Assembly: GCA_963666345.1 (NCBI GenBank)
Contig: OY762721.1
Location: forward strand, 3,232,001-3,296,000
DNA from: Desulfatiglandales bacterium
GTDB taxonomy: Bacteria > Desulfobacterota > DSM-4660 > Desulfatiglandales > Desulfatiglandaceae
DNA: 64,000 nt
Reading direction: 5' to 3'
Below the pieces are notes generated by a model. That model did not search any database, was not told the origin of the DNA, and was given only the letters and a program-made list of their open reading frames with translations. The translations under genes were made by a program, and so were the position numbers. Shown piece by piece: positions 29,511-41,218 of this stretch (position 1 is the stretch's first letter; every line of letters starts with the position of its first letter).

Positions 29511-31637
29511 ATGTCTATAAAAGAGTTCCGGCCGGGAAAACCCTACCCTCTGGGTGCGACCTTTGACGGAGAAGGAACCAATTTTGCCCTTTTTTCAGAA
29601 TGCGCGGAAGGAGTCGAACTGCTCCTTTTTGATCACAGTGAGGATCAAAGGCCGACAGATATAATTTCATTAGGGGAAAGGACCGCCTTTGTCTGGCATC
29701 GCTATATACCTGGAATAAAACCCCCTCAGTTTTACGCCTTCAGGGTCAATGGCCCCTATGAACCTGAGAAAGGACACAGATGCAATCCCTCAAAAGCCCT
29801 CCTCGACCCCTATGCTAGGGCTATTTCCGGAACCATTCAGTGGAATGATGTGCTGTTCGGTTATACACTGGGTAATCCCGATGAAGATCTCAAGCCAGAT
29901 GAACGGGACTCCTGCCCCTATGTGCCCAAATGCGTTGTTGTGGATCCCTCATATGACTGGGAAGGTGACCTGCTGCCCCGGATTCCCTGGGATGAGACCG
30001 TCATCTATGAAGCCCATGTTAAGGGCTTGACAATGAGACATCCGGAAGTGGAGGAAGAAAAACGCGGAACCTATGCAGGATTATGCGCCCCGGCTGTCCT
30101 CGATTATCTGAAAGGCCTTGGGATAACCGCTGTGGAGCTTCTCCCTGTTCACCAGCACGTGGACGACAGGACTCTTGTGAACAGGGGACTTACAAATTAC
30201 TGGGGATATAATACCATCAGTTACTTTGCCCCGGATTGCCGCTATTCCAGCTCGGGCGGCAATGGAGAGCAGGTTCAAGAATTCAAGGACATGGTGAAAG
30301 CCTTTCACAGGGCCGGCATCGAAATGATACTCGATGTAGTTTACAATCACACGGCGGAAGGGAACCAACTAGGCCCCACCCTTTCCTTCCGAGGCATCGA
30401 TAATATGTCTTACTACCATCCTTCCCCTGATAACCCCCGCTATTACATGGATTTCACAGGAACCGGGAACAGTTTGCGTATGTCGCATCCTAACGTTACC
30501 CAGCTCATAATGGACAGTTTGCGCTATTGGGTGATGGAGATGCATATAGATGGTTTCAGGTTTGATCTTGCATCGACCCTCGCAAGGGAGCTTTTCGAGG
30601 TGGACAGGCTATCAGCCTTTTTTGATATCATCCAGCAGGACCCTGTTCTGTCAAGGGTTAAGCTCATCGCTGAGCCATGGGATCTGGGGCCGGGCGGATA
30701 CCAGGTCGGAAATTTTCCACCTCTCTGGACGGAATGGAATGGAAAGTTCCGGGATACTGTCAGGCATTTCTGGAAAGGTGATGAGGGTCAGGTTTCTGAT
30801 CTGGCTTACCGGTTGACGGGTTCAAGTGATCTGTACCGGGACGACGGTCGAAAACCTTATGCCAGTATCAACTTCGTTACCTGTCACGACGGATTCACAA
30901 TGAATGATCTTGTAAGCTATAATGAAAAGCACAATGATGCGAATCTTGAAGATAACAAAGACGGTACTGAGAACAACATAAGCTGGAACTGCGGTGCGGA
31001 AGGGCCTGTTGATGATCCTGAGATAATCGGACTCAGGACCCGTCAAAAAAAGAACTTTCTTGCAACCGTCTTTCTCTCCCAGGGTGTGCCGATGCTTCTA
31101 GGAGGAGACGAAACAGGCAGGACCCAACAGGGCAACAATAATGCCTATTGCCAGGACAATGATATAAGCTGGTATAGCTGGGATCTCCAGGAATCTGAAA
31201 AGGGTCTGCTTGAGTTCAGTCGATCCCTAATTGCTCTGAGAAAGAGACATCCTATCTTCAGGCGGAGGAAATTCTTTAAAGGTCAGGGTTTTTTCGGGGC
31301 CGAGTTAAAGGATCTGACCTGGTTGAAACCGGATGGAGGAGAGATGTCGGATCCGGACTGGAAAGATCCCGGCCTAAGGACCATCGGAATCTTACTGTCG
31401 GGCGATTCTATAACCGAGACCGACCGATCAGGCAGGAAGATCCTTGACGACACCTTTTTGATCCTCATGAATACCTTTCATCAAATGATCCCTTTTAAGA
31501 TGCCTGCATCGGAAAAACCTTGGAAACTGGTATTCGATACCTTTCGGGGAGGCTTTGAACAAGACCATGAGGTAAAAAGAGAGGTTATTTACAGCCTTGC
31601 GGCACGCTCTGTTTCCCTATTTCAAAAACACAGGTAG
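29511..31637 (+). CDS. glgX: Glycogen debranching enzyme (isoamylase, GH13)
   Basis: [51 protein letters not shown]. Confidence 0.96.
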   Translation: MSIKEFRPGKPYPLGATFDGEGTNFALFSECAEGVELLLFDHSEDQRPTDIISLGERTAFVWHRYIPGIKPPQFYAFRVNGPYEPEKGHRCNPSKALLDPYARAISGTIQWNDVLFGYTLGNPDEDLKPDERDSCPYVPKCVVVDPSYDWEGDLLPRIPWDETVIYEAHVKGLTMRHPEVEEEKRGTYAGLCAPAVLDYLKGLGITAVELLPVHQHVDDRTLVNRGLTNYWGYNTISYFAPDCRYSSSGGNGEQVQEFKDMVKAFHRAGIEMILDVVYNHTAEGNQLGPTLSFRGIDNMSYYHPSPDNPRYYMDFTGTGNSLRMSHPNVTQLIMDSLRYWVMEMHIDGFRFDLASTLARELFEVDRLSAFFDIIQQDPVLSRVKLIAEPWDLGPGGYQVGNFPPLWTEWNGKFRDTVRHFWKGDEGQVSDLAYRLTGSSDLYRDDGRKPYASINFVTCHDGFTMNDLVSYNEKHNDANLEDNKDGTENNISWNCGAEGPVDDPEIIGLRTRQKKNFLATVFLSQGVPMLLGGDETGRTQQGNNNAYCQDNDISWYSWDLQESEKGLLEFSRSLIALRKRHPIFRRRKFFKGQGFFGAELKDLTWLKPDGGEMSDPDWKDPGLRTIGILLSGDSITETDRSGRKILDDTFLILMNTFHQMIPFKMPASEKPWKLVFDTFRGGFEQDHEVKREVIYSLAARSVSLFQKHR

Positions 31638-31709
31638 GGATAGATGAAAACGCGAGCTTAAACGACTTATATGCATCACCTTTTTGTTCAACATTGAAAG
31701 GAGACGGCC

Positions 31710-32006
31710 ATGAAACAGAGAAAATCGAAGGGTAACACCGGAATGCGAAGGGTCACTTTCTCGCTTGATGCGCCTCAGGCAAACGAGGTCTATTTGATGG
31801 GGGACTTCAGTGGTTGGAGGGCTAAAACGCATTCCTTGAAAAAGAACCGGGACGGGATATGGCAAAAGATCTTGATGCTTGAGCCCGGCCGGTACGAATA
31901 CAGGTATCTGGTCGACGGAGACTGGTGGAATGACCCCCAAAACGACCAGATGTGCCCCAATTGTTTCGGGACACAAAATAGCGTGATCAGGATAAAGGAA
32001 AAGTAA
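31710..32006 (+). CDS. Glycogen-binding (CBM48/AMPK-beta-like) domain protein
   Basis: APQANEVYLMGDF.GW...LEPGRYEYRYLVDGDW..DP...NCFGTQNS. Confidence 0.85.
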   Translation: MKQRKSKGNTGMRRVTFSLDAPQANEVYLMGDFSGWRAKTHSLKKNRDGIWQKILMLEPGRYEYRYLVDGDWWNDPQNDQMCPNCFGTQNSVIRIKEK

Positions 32007-32032
32007 CCGGTTTTTTCTCGGATCCCGACGAA

Positions 32033-32992
32033 ATGTTAAATTATTTCTTTCTGATAATTGGATTTTCCTTTCTGATCAAGGGTGCCGATTTTCTGGTTGA
32101 AGGGGCATCATCCCTTGCCAGGCGGTTCAATGTTTCCGACCTGGTCATAGGCCTGACTATAGTGGCCTTCGGGACTTCAACGCCTGAACTTTTTGTGAAC
32201 ATCCTCGCAAGCTCCAAGGGCAGTACGGATATTGCCATAGGTAATGTCATAGGAAGTAATATAGCAAATATTCTTCTTATCCTGGGCATATCTTCGTTTA
32301 TATATCCTTTGACCGTGACAAAGGGAACGGTGTGGAAAGAGATCCCTTTAAGTCTTCTGGCCGCCATTGTCCTGGGTTTTGTGGCAAATGACCGGATAAT
32401 AGACGGAAGAGACCCCTCGGCCGTTACGAGGATAGATGGCCTGATCCTTCTCTCTTTTTTCTTAATATTCCTCTATTATTCGGCAAGTATTGCAAAGAAG
32501 ATAGAAGGTATGGAGGAACATGTCACTGTTAAAGTCCAGGGGTTAAAAAAGGCGTTTCTTTTTATCACAATCGGTCTAACCGGACTGACCCTGGGGGGGA
32601 AGTGGATCGTTGACGGCGCGGTTCATTTGGCCACCAATCTGGGAATGAGCGAGTCCATGGTGGGGCTTACGATCGTGGCACTTGGTACCAGCCTGCCGGA
32701 ATTGGCAACATCAGCCACGGCTGCATATAGGAAGAATATTGAAATCGCTGTTGGAAATGTCGTGGGTTCTAATATCTTCAATATCCTTTTCGTGCTCGGC
32801 ATAAGTTCAACGATAAAACCTCTTCCATTCAAGACAAAAAACAATGTAGACATCGGTATGGTCATTCTGGCCAGCCTGCTCCTTTTTTTGACTATGTTTA
32901 CAGGAAAAAGAAGGCAGTTGGAGAGATGGGAAGGGTCTTTTTTTATTATTATCTATGCTGCCTATATTATCTTCCTTATTGTTCAGGGCTAG
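32033..32992 (+). CDS. Calcium/sodium antiporter (YrbG/CaCA family)
   Basis: Two alpha repeats GTSTPE / GTSLPE and GNV.GSNI.NIL. Confidence 0.93.
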   Translation: MLNYFFLIIGFSFLIKGADFLVEGASSLARRFNVSDLVIGLTIVAFGTSTPELFVNILASSKGSTDIAIGNVIGSNIANILLILGISSFIYPLTVTKGTVWKEIPLSLLAAIVLGFVANDRIIDGRDPSAVTRIDGLILLSFFLIFLYYSASIAKKIEGMEEHVTVKVQGLKKAFLFITIGLTGLTLGGKWIVDGAVHLATNLGMSESMVGLTIVALGTSLPELATSATAAYRKNIEIAVGNVVGSNIFNILFVLGISSTIKPLPFKTKNNVDIGMVILASLLLFLTMFTGKRRQLERWEGSFFIIIYAAYIIFLIVQG

Positions 32993-33074
32993 GAGACTGA
33001 ATGGCCCGATTACCCGATTGAAACAGGGGGTATAGTTTTATGAGTTCTATTATAAGACTCGGGGGTATTTTGTA

Positions 33075-33707
33075 ATGAAGAGGTTAAACAGGACATTCCT
33101 GACAGGCCTGGCTGCTATTCTGCCGGTTACGGCAACAATCTATGTCCTTTACCGGCTTGTACTTACAGCAGAGACTTTTCTTGGAAAGGGTCTTCGATTA
33201 CTTCTTCCGGCGCATTTTTATTTGCCCGGCATGGGGGTTCTGGCAGGGCTTATAATAGTATTTTTTACAGGATTGCTGCTTCACGCCTGGATGGTGCGGA
33301 CACTTTTTGAATGGGGAGAAGGACTGCTCTACAAAATCCCATTCGTCAAATCGGTCTATGGTGCCTTCCGGGATTTTCTTAAATTTGTTTCCGAATCGGG
33401 AGAAAGCTCAGGCAGGGGAAGCCAAGTGGTTATGATTAAAATTGGAAATTCTGAAATGGAGATGATGGGGCTCGTCACACGCCGCGATTTTACAGGTCTC
33501 CCCGCCGGGATAGGGTCAGGAGAGCACGTTGCGGTCTATTTGCCGATGAGTTACCAATTGGGAGGTCATACGGTTATTCTGCCGAAGTCCTGCCTGCGTC
33601 CTGTTGAGGTTTCTCCGGAAGAGGCAATGCGATTTATACTTACGGCAGGGATGATGGCCAGGCCTCACAGTCCAAAAGAGAATGCCTCGAAAATAATGAG
33701 AATATAA
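33075..33707 (+). CDS. DUF502 domain membrane protein
   Basis: FLTGL..ILP...T, IPFVKSVY, VAVYLPMSYQLGG, EEAMRFILTAG. Confidence 0.85.
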   Translation: MKRLNRTFLTGLAAILPVTATIYVLYRLVLTAETFLGKGLRLLLPAHFYLPGMGVLAGLIIVFFTGLLLHAWMVRTLFEWGEGLLYKIPFVKSVYGAFRDFLKFVSESGESSGRGSQVVMIKIGNSEMEMMGLVTRRDFTGLPAGIGSGEHVAVYLPMSYQLGGHTVILPKSCLRPVEVSPEEAMRFILTAGMMARPHSPKENASKIMRI

Positions 33708-33847
33708 ATTTAGAATGTGTTTTTGTCATGTTGCATGTAAAAATGGATTAAGTATCTGCAAGCGGCTGTGAAAATGTCGGTGGTGTTTTTCCGCCTGCCG
33801 TCAATGTCCTTAGAAGGTGCATATGGTTTCTGTAAGGTCACTCTCAA

Positions 33848-36800
33848 TCAGTAATCCCATTTCCAGTTTAGCCCGATACCGCCCTGTCCATTTTTCCCCA
33901 TGTCGGTCTCGACGGCAATATGGGGGGTTAGTTCTATCTCAACAGAGACTTTGCCCGTATCGGGACCCATGCCTTGTTCAACCTCCAAATATACATTATC
34001 CCTTATGTATTTCCCTGCGCTGACCGAAGGCTCACCGCTTTTATCATCCGATTGTTTTATGTTCAATTCATCCACACCTATAAGACTTCGAGTTCGATCC
34101 ATGAAACTAAACATACCACCTCCGCCCCTTAATGAATCTATTGCTTGCGCCAGCCTGAAGGCCTGAAGAGGGGTTATGTCGGTTGCACTCCGGCCGAAAA
34201 GAAGGTGGGCCATAATTTCATCCGGAGGCATCGGCGGGTCAGACTCCATATCCATTTTGAATGTTGAAAGGTCTCCAGATACGAGGATGCGGTAAGTTAT
34301 GTCAGAACTTTTGTGTTCAGCTATCGCGTCGAATTTAGTAGATGCGGGTGTGCCGCTATTCAAGTTGACTGATCCATTAGTAAGGGAAAAGGATTTTCCA
34401 AAAAAATTATAACGTCCGCGGATGACTGATAGCGAACCTGTAACAGCAGGTTGCTGTTCACTTCCTTTGATGCCGACTTTTCCCTTCCATTCCGAATCAA
34501 GACCTCGACCTCTGACAAAAACCTTTCCCGGAATTTCTAATAATATGTCGAGGTTTAACCTGCCTTTAGTCTTCAATGGCGGACTTCTTTTGGGCGGAGA
34601 TTTCTGAACTGGCATATTGATCTCTTTAATATTCAGGTCCCTTGCATCAGGAGGAAGGCTCTCGGGTATGCGAAGTGCGGCAGGTCCCAGAGTGAGAGAG
34701 CCCGAGACATCCATCCGCTCCATTGAACCGGATAGATCCAGTTTGCCACTTGTTGTAACCGTCAAATCATCCCTGCGAACAAGAGAGGCGTTATCCATTA
34801 GAAGTTCCAACTGGAAGGGCAAAAGCTTCTTTGGAAGCAAATTGATTGACCCTTTGGCAACAATCGTGCCCTTCTCCCCATCCGTTGCCCGGGCCTTTTC
34901 CAGAATGAGCTTGTCTTCGATCAAGCCGGCAACTATCTGTATGTCCTTTATTAGGGTTCCACTCCTGACATTTTCATATATCCCGTCGGAGAGTAAGACA
35001 TGGCCATTGAGTGAAGGTTTTTCCATGGTGCCATCAATGGCAAGATCAATCACCAGATTTCCTTTCAGTGTGTGATCTTCCAGATAAAAGAAGGAGGATA
35101 AATGCTCGAGTTCCATTTCAGCGAGAATTCGACCTTTTAATCCATCTTCTGATCTGAGAGAAAATACAAAGGGCAAAAAGGATAAGTCGACAGGTAGATT
35201 AAGGCCGGCCTTTAAAGGTTTATCCGCAAGATTTGCAAGGGTTAGATCTGCTTTAAGATCATGGTTTTTAAGGGTTATATGGGCTAAGAGATTTGCCGGA
35301 GGGAATTCTTCAGAGAGGGTGCCCTTGAATTTGAGTTTTTCAAGTTGAATATCCATGTCCGCTTTTGGACTTGTAATTAGGCCTTCTATGTGAAGCCGGG
35401 CCGTTGCCGTACCGGACACCTCTGGATACCCAAAGGCTTTCAGGAAAGAAAGAGACAGTGTATCGAGTCGGGCATCAAACGTCATTGTTTCAGATTCCAA
35501 TCTGCCGAATGCCTCAAGATGTCCATCATCCAATAGGAAATCAGCCCTTTCAAGGATGTAGTTCTCGGATATTTTCCGAATGACAACAGGCTCTCGCGCG
35601 GAAATCGTGAATTCCCCGAAATTGCCTTTCAACTGAGTCAGCCGGAGGTCATTGCTTCCGGGCATTAATCCGATAGAACCCGTGGTATCAAACTGAAATT
35701 CCTCCTTATAATACCCTTGGGCATGGGCTTTGAATGCCGCTTTTTCTTTTTGACCCTCGGCCTTCAAAATCATGTGACCGATTTGAAGCGCTTCCTTTTT
35801 GAAAGAATTTATCTCAACTTCAGCATTACCCTCAGGTGCCTGAAGAACATTTTTCAGGCTTAAACTTAATGTCAGTGCTTCAACGGCTCCGTATCCGGTA
35901 TCCAATCCCTTTCCTTGCAAATCAAGTGCTACATCCTGTCTTCCTCCGGCATCTGATAGAACGATATCAAATCGGGCATTTCCTTCAACCTTTTTGCCGA
36001 AAAGGGCAGAAAAGGATGCGAGATCAATGCAGCTGCCGCGTAATGCACCTTTTGAAGTATGTCGTTTAAGATCGATTTCGAGATCTCCTGTCATCTCAGT
36101 ACCAAGGGAGCTTGCTGAAAGGTCATTGAATGACAATCGGGGACTGATGAATGTGAAATTTGAAGCCGCCTTAAGAGAATGCCCTGGGCCCTGGATATGG
36201 ATCTCTAATTCACCTTCAGGTTCGTGGAACAAGTTTCTAGCCATTAAGGATAACTTGGCTTTGGAAACATTTATATGCTTTATGCGCAGATGGCTCAAAT
36301 CTGCCTGGGCGGTTATCTTGGGGTTTTTCAAGACTCCTCCCACATCTACTTCCATTTCAAATGCGCCATTGATGGGTCTTCCTAAGGTTTTTGAAAAGGC
36401 TGCCAACCTGGGAATGCGAATTAGTCCATGAGCCAAGATATCCCCGGCTGGAATATCAAGAGAAGCATCGGTTTCTATTTCTCCCACAACAGAGCTGATC
36501 GCCAGATCCGTTACTGTAAGGTGTCTGCCTTGCTCAAGTCTCATATGGCAGGCATACTTCAGATCCTCTTCCAACACAGGAGCAAGCGATTCCGGCAGCG
36601 GCTCAACTACGGCAATTTGACCCTTTATATCCGCTGAAAGACTCCGTGACTGGAGATTACCATTAAGATGGGCGTTCATTATCGCTTTGCCATGGACCTT
36701 TGTCCCGATGATATTTGATAGATTAGATAGGTCGTGTATCACCATTGAGGCATCTCCCTCAATGAAGGAACTTCTGGAATTCAATTGACCCGAGAAATGT

Positions 36801-38230
36801 GCAACAAAATCTTTGCCAAAAACTTTTAACTCATTGACATTAATTGGGCCTCCCTTTTGGGCCTCCGCGGACAGGAAAAAATGGCATTCATCCGCCGGTA
36901 TCAGCGCTCCTCGGGTCTTGTGTGCAAGACCTTTTACGTGGCCCTTTATTTGACCTGAAAGGCCTTGGTAGTTTGAAGCAGACATCAAGGTGGGAGTTAA
37001 TCGGGCATTAAGGAAGAGATTTGAGGCATGAATTTTACCCACTCCCGGTTCCTTCAGCGTGACTGAAAGGGTCGCTCTTGGTTGTTTAAAGGTCCCCTCA
37101 AGCCGGCCCTGAAGATCCAGCATTCCCTGAATCCTTTGATTAACGAGCCCTTTGAAGCGGGAGAGGTTATCAATTTGCAGGTTGAAATCGCTTTGTATAT
37201 GTCTTTTTTCTAATTCGATTCGACCTGCGAGGTTTAAAGTGATTCCGTTATTCTTAAGAAAGACACGTTGTATCTCTATGTTATGTCCAGCGTGAATCCG
37301 GCTGTTGAAATGGAAAAGGGTCTTCTGACTCATGTTAAATGCTTGAATATCTTTTTCAAAAAGCCTTTGAGATAACATGACATGGCCATTCCCCTTTAAA
37401 CGCAAGACGTCATTAATCATTACCTCCAGTGCGGTATCAATGGACCCCAGCCTATCCGCCTCAGCTTTCAGATGCCCTTTCCAGAAGCTGATGGGGCCTT
37501 TACCCTTTAATGAGATGGTAACAGGCCCGGTGTCTTTAACTCCCATAAGATTCGTTAAGAGACCATCTTTTTCCTCTTTAGCCCCTAGATCAAATTCAAT
37601 CTCCGGGATTGTTCCGCCTGCCAGGGACCAATCAATATAATAGAAGGCATTCGTGCCGTCTTTCCGGTCGATGTGCAGCGAACCTTTAAGCGTTTTTTCA
37701 TGATCCCCAGCGGTCGTTTGCCCTTTCATGGTGAAAATTGCCTTAGACCCCAGTATGGACTCTCCTAAATAAATACTTTCCAAGTTAAGCCGATGGATGT
37801 GTAAAGGTGGTATCGAATCTGATAATGTCATCTTTCCCGGTTTTCGTTTCTTTTTCCCGCCACGGGCAGTTGGGAGATGTTTTAAGTGAACAGCGGTTGC
37901 GCTTAGTTCATCGACATATATCCTTCCTTTTATCAGGTGATTGGGAGACCAGCTAATAAAGATGTTTTTCACCACCAGCCACTGGGAGCCGCGGTCGCTG
38001 ATGGTAAATTCATCCAATCGGATATTGAAGGGAATGATTCCGGTGATTTTGCCGATTTTGACCTGAAAGGAAGGATCTTTACCCAATTGTTGTGAGATCC
38101 ACTGAGCTAGAAAGTTTTTGCCCAACTCTGTCTGGGCCAGTCCCCAAATTGTCCCTGTTAGAATAAGCAGGATGGAAATGATCAAGACCAACCATTTGCA
38201 TATTTTTTTCAAATGTGTCCTGTAATCCAT
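33848..38230 (-). CDS. tamB: Translocation/assembly module TamB
   Basis: 1460 aa; N-terminal TM anchor; DUF490-like C-terminus (VFVRGRGLDSEW.G, AGKYI, GIGLNWKWDY); adjacent to an Omp85 gene. Confidence 0.88.
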   Translation of the reverse strand: MDYRTHLKKICKWLVLIISILLILTGTIWGLAQTELGKNFLAQWISQQLGKDPSFQVKIGKITGIIPFNIRLDEFTISDRGSQWLVVKNIFISWSPNHLIKGRIYVDELSATAVHLKHLPTARGGKKKRKPGKMTLSDSIPPLHIHRLNLESIYLGESILGSKAIFTMKGQTTAGDHEKTLKGSLHIDRKDGTNAFYYIDWSLAGGTIPEIEFDLGAKEEKDGLLTNLMGVKDTGPVTISLKGKGPISFWKGHLKAEADRLGSIDTALEVMINDVLRLKGNGHVMLSQRLFEKDIQAFNMSQKTLFHFNSRIHAGHNIEIQRVFLKNNGITLNLAGRIELEKRHIQSDFNLQIDNLSRFKGLVNQRIQGMLDLQGRLEGTFKQPRATLSVTLKEPGVGKIHASNLFLNARLTPTLMSASNYQGLSGQIKGHVKGLAHKTRGALIPADECHFFLSAEAQKGGPINVNELKVFGKDFVAHFSGQLNSRSSFIEGDASMVIHDLSNLSNIIGTKVHGKAIMNAHLNGNLQSRSLSADIKGQIAVVEPLPESLAPVLEEDLKYACHMRLEQGRHLTVTDLAISSVVGEIETDASLDIPAGDILAHGLIRIPRLAAFSKTLGRPINGAFEMEVDVGGVLKNPKITAQADLSHLRIKHINVSKAKLSLMARNLFHEPEGELEIHIQGPGHSLKAASNFTFISPRLSFNDLSASSLGTEMTGDLEIDLKRHTSKGALRGSCIDLASFSALFGKKVEGNARFDIVLSDAGGRQDVALDLQGKGLDTGYGAVEALTLSLSLKNVLQAPEGNAEVEINSFKKEALQIGHMILKAEGQKEKAAFKAHAQGYYKEEFQFDTTGSIGLMPGSNDLRLTQLKGNFGEFTISAREPVVIRKISENYILERADFLLDDGHLEAFGRLESETMTFDARLDTLSLSFLKAFGYPEVSGTATARLHIEGLITSPKADMDIQLEKLKFKGTLSEEFPPANLLAHITLKNHDLKADLTLANLADKPLKAGLNLPVDLSFLPFVFSLRSEDGLKGRILAEMELEHLSSFFYLEDHTLKGNLVIDLAIDGTMEKPSLNGHVLLSDGIYENVRSGTLIKDIQIVAGLIEDKLILEKARATDGEKGTIVAKGSINLLPKKLLPFQLELLMDNASLVRRDDLTVTTSGKLDLSGSMERMDVSGSLTLGPAALRIPESLPPDARDLNIKEINMPVQKSPPKRSPPLKTKGRLNLDILLEIPGKVFVRGRGLDSEWKGKVGIKGSEQQPAVTGSLSVIRGRYNFFGKSFSLTNGSVNLNSGTPASTKFDAIAEHKSSDITYRILVSGDLSTFKMDMESDPPMPPDEIMAHLLFGRSATDITPLQAFRLAQAIDSLRGGGGMFSFMDRTRSLIGVDELNIKQSDDKSGEPSVSAGKYIRDNVYLEVEQGMGPDTGKVSVEIELTPHIAVETDMGKNGQGGIGLNWKWDY

Positions 38231-38234
38231 ATCT

Positions 38235-40087
38235 CTAAAAGGCCTGTCCTATGCTCACATAGATCTGGAAAGGATCATCGATGTCTGTTCTTCGGTTTAT
38301 CGGAATGCCAACATCAAGACGGAGAGGACCTATGGCGGTAAAGTAACGAAAGCCTATCCCTCCGCCCCACAGCAGGGTTTCATCAAAATCAGGAAAGGCC
38401 GCCTCAAAAGCACTCCCTCCGTCAATGAAAGTTACCATGCCGATTTTTTCGGTGATCTTTACCCTCAGTTCCGTACTCATTGTTATGAGTGATCTCCCAC
38501 CTATTGGTTCGTTATTGCGGATCGGACCAACGGATTGAAAGGCGTAACCACGTATAGAGCCTCCGCCACCCGCATAGAATCTTATATCGGCAGGTACCTC
38601 ATCCCTCTCGCATCCGCCTGTGGTCCCCAGTGCCCCCCTTAAAGCTAAAATGATAGACGGAGATCTCGAGATGTCGATGTACCGGCTGTACTGGGCATAA
38701 CCTTTATAGAAAAACAGGTCGTTTCCATAGAAATCGTAGAAAGGGGCTATCTGCAGGACCATACGACCACCCCTTGCTGGATCAAGAAGCTGATCACTCG
38801 TATCCCACTGAAAATGAACGGGAAAAGAAATCAGGTCAAAGCGCTCCTCCTGGCCGAACTGTTCAATTTTCGACAGCCTTAAGCCTGGTCCGGCACTAAG
38901 ATGCATACGGTTGGCAAAGTTGCGTTCGATTTGCGCTATTCCTGTGATATTACGACTCTTAAATGCATCCGGACTGTCTTCAGCAAGACGGATATTCAAA
39001 AGAAGCGCTTGGTCGGGTCGCAAGAAGTCAGGTCTACGAAACATCCCCTCAGTGGCAAGAGTAATCCCGGATGCCGATCCTGATAGTTTGAGGCGTTCGC
39101 CTCGATCCAAGATATTTCGATGCTCCCAAGACAGGTTGACCCCCGGTCCTTCATCAGTCTGGTAGCTGGCACCTCCTTTGATGGTTCGATGTTTACGCTC
39201 CTTTAATTTCACCTTAATGGGAACCTGCCCTGTTTCATCAATAACCGCTCCTTCTTTCGCATTTACGGATGCGAAAAGGCCTGTTTTCATCAACCTTTCT
39301 TCAAGCATCCTTAAAAGACCGCCATTGAATCGGTCGCCTTTCTTCCAGGGGAGCTTGCTGCGTATATATGATTCGATTACAGACTCAAGTCCTATGAAGT
39401 CCGTGTAGCCGAATTGAGCCTCTACCCCCGGCTGAACGGCAAAAGACACACTTAGTGAGCTTTTTTTATGATCTACTATTGCCTTCGGGTCATCTACTTT
39501 AGGAAATGGAAAACCTTTCCTTCGATACCAACCGGCAATCGCGATCTTGGCTTCCAGGATGGGTTTGCTTTTTGCAGGCTTGTTTAAGGTTAAGCCAATA
39601 TCAAAAATATCCGGGGCATTAATGATTTTTGCCTTGTCATCCCGAATAATCTGAATGTCTACGGATTCCAAAATGTAGGGAGGGCCTTGATTTATACTGA
39701 TTGTAACCTTTACCGGCCGAACATCTGGATCTATCTTGGAGGTTATTTGTGCGCCATAAAATCCCTGTGACCTGAGTACTTTCCGGAGGGTAGGGATATC
39801 CTGATTGACGCGCCTATGTAAAAGATTCATGGAAAGCGGTGGGGGGTCTCGAAGAGATACTGTCTTTGATACAGTCTCAAGGAGGCCCAGAAGCGTTCGA
39901 TCCGATACCCCTTCAATGGATACAGTATAGGAGGGCCTTTGATTTGCCAGAAGTTCGTTAGGTATTAAGGAGCCTGGAAGGATAAAAAAACCTATGGCAG
40001 ATGCTGTAGTAAAAAAAAAGAGGGGAACGATACGTTGAGTCTCTCTTTAATTAGAATGGATAACCTTAATGGTATCATTAATTTCAT
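38235..40087 (-). CDS. tamA: TamA (Omp85 family); 5' end frameshifted at a T9 tract
   Basis: RFYAGGGGSIRGY, GGRS, GPLRLDVG, YVSIGQAF; frame open up to 40046 without a canonical start upstream of 39830; ATG 40087 with RBS is in another frame. Confidence 0.85.
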
Positions 40088-40099
40088 AACGCCCTTATT

Positions 40100-40396
40100 T
40101 TATTCAACAGGATCTTCTTCTGGCAGCTTTTCCTGAACCAAGTCATTCCTTTTCAATCTGTCTATCTCTTTTTTTAAACCCCTTATCTTCAGGTATTTGC
40201 TCGCCAGTTTGGGCAGGGTGTGGATTCCAACAATGGCTGCACCGATCAAGGCTGAATAAAACATCAGGGCAGCGAGCGATAGCTGAAATTTCCAGGCAAA
40301 ATATTTTAGATCCAGCGATATATTGTTCTGTATACTGGCAACGATTATTCCTAAAATCAACAGAAACGTAACTATCAATGAGAAATACATTTCCAT
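40100..40396 (-). CDS. LapA (DUF1049) family membrane protein
   Basis: TM-IQN...LKYFAW..QLSLA-TM-coiled-coil tail pattern. Confidence 0.7.
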   Translation of the reverse strand: MEMYFSLIVTFLLILGIIVASIQNNISLDLKYFAWKFQLSLAALMFYSALIGAAIVGIHTLPKLASKYLKIRGLKKEIDRLKRNDLVQEKLPEEDPVE

Positions 40397-40444
40397 TCTC
40401 CTTTTGGTCTTCTTATGAGAGCCGGTATGAAAATGCGATAGCAG

Positions 40445-40477
40445 GGTGAGACGGGGGTATATGACCCCCTTCTCACC
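40445..40477. other. Strong intergenic hairpin
   Basis: GGTGAGA-C-GGGGGT-ATATG-ACCCCC-T-TCTCACC; no U-tract in the direction of the flanking genes. Confidence 0.55.
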
Positions 40478-40501
40478 ATAAAAATCAAAAGAGGCTGTAC
40501 T

Positions 40502-41185
40502 CTATTTTTGCTTAGAGGTTTTCTTTTCCTCCAGGCATTTCTTTAAGTAATTTCCAGCCACTTCTTTGCCACCCAGTCCGAAGGCAAGGCCAAAGGCCAA
40601 AGCCATGGCTCCAAAAGCAAGACCAAAAGCTAACGAGACAATCTCCGCACCAATACCCAACTGTATGAGGGCAATAGAACCTGAAAACACAACAATGGCA
40701 TAAAGGGCTATCTTACCCAAACCCTCAGCATTAGCCACACCTGCATTGGAGGCTGTTGTCCTGACGACAGCAGAAAGAAGATTTCCAAATAAAATCCCCA
40801 GGATCAATACAATAATTGCTGCAACTACGTTTGGTATATAAAGGAATATATCGTTGAGGATATCCGAGACAATGGGTAGTCCGAGGGCGTCCAACGAAGC
40901 GATGAGGACCAGGATCATTATAAACCAGTATGCAAGAGAGCCGATAATCTCAGATGGTGTTCTAATAATGTTCCCTTTATTTAGAAACCCTTTCACCCCG
41001 GTTTTATCTGCCGCACTGTCAAAGTGGGCAAGTCTCAGGAGTTTTACGATACCCATCTTGAACAGCTTGGCAATAATAAGTCCTGCAACGAAGATGATAA
41101 TCGCTCCGATGAGCTCCGGAAGGAAAATGGTAATTTTGGTGGCAAAGGCATCCCATGCTCCCTTTACAACAGCTGTAATCTCCAT
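40502..41185 (-). CDS. TM-helix repeat membrane protein (CmpX/mechanosensitive channel-like)
   Basis: FLPELIGAIII and YIPNVVAAIIVL repeats; AFGLAFGLGGKE. Confidence 0.8.
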   Translation of the reverse strand: MEITAVVKGAWDAFATKITIFLPELIGAIIIFVAGLIIAKLFKMGIVKLLRLAHFDSAADKTGVKGFLNKGNIIRTPSEIIGSLAYWFIMILVLIASLDALGLPIVSDILNDIFLYIPNVVAAIIVLILGILFGNLLSAVVRTTASNAGVANAEGLGKIALYAIVVFSGSIALIQLGIGAEIVSLAFGLAFGAMALAFGLAFGLGGKEVAGNYLKKCLEEKKTSKQK

Positions 41186-41218
41186 AGCTTCTCCTCCTTC
41201 TAAACCGTTAATTGATTT

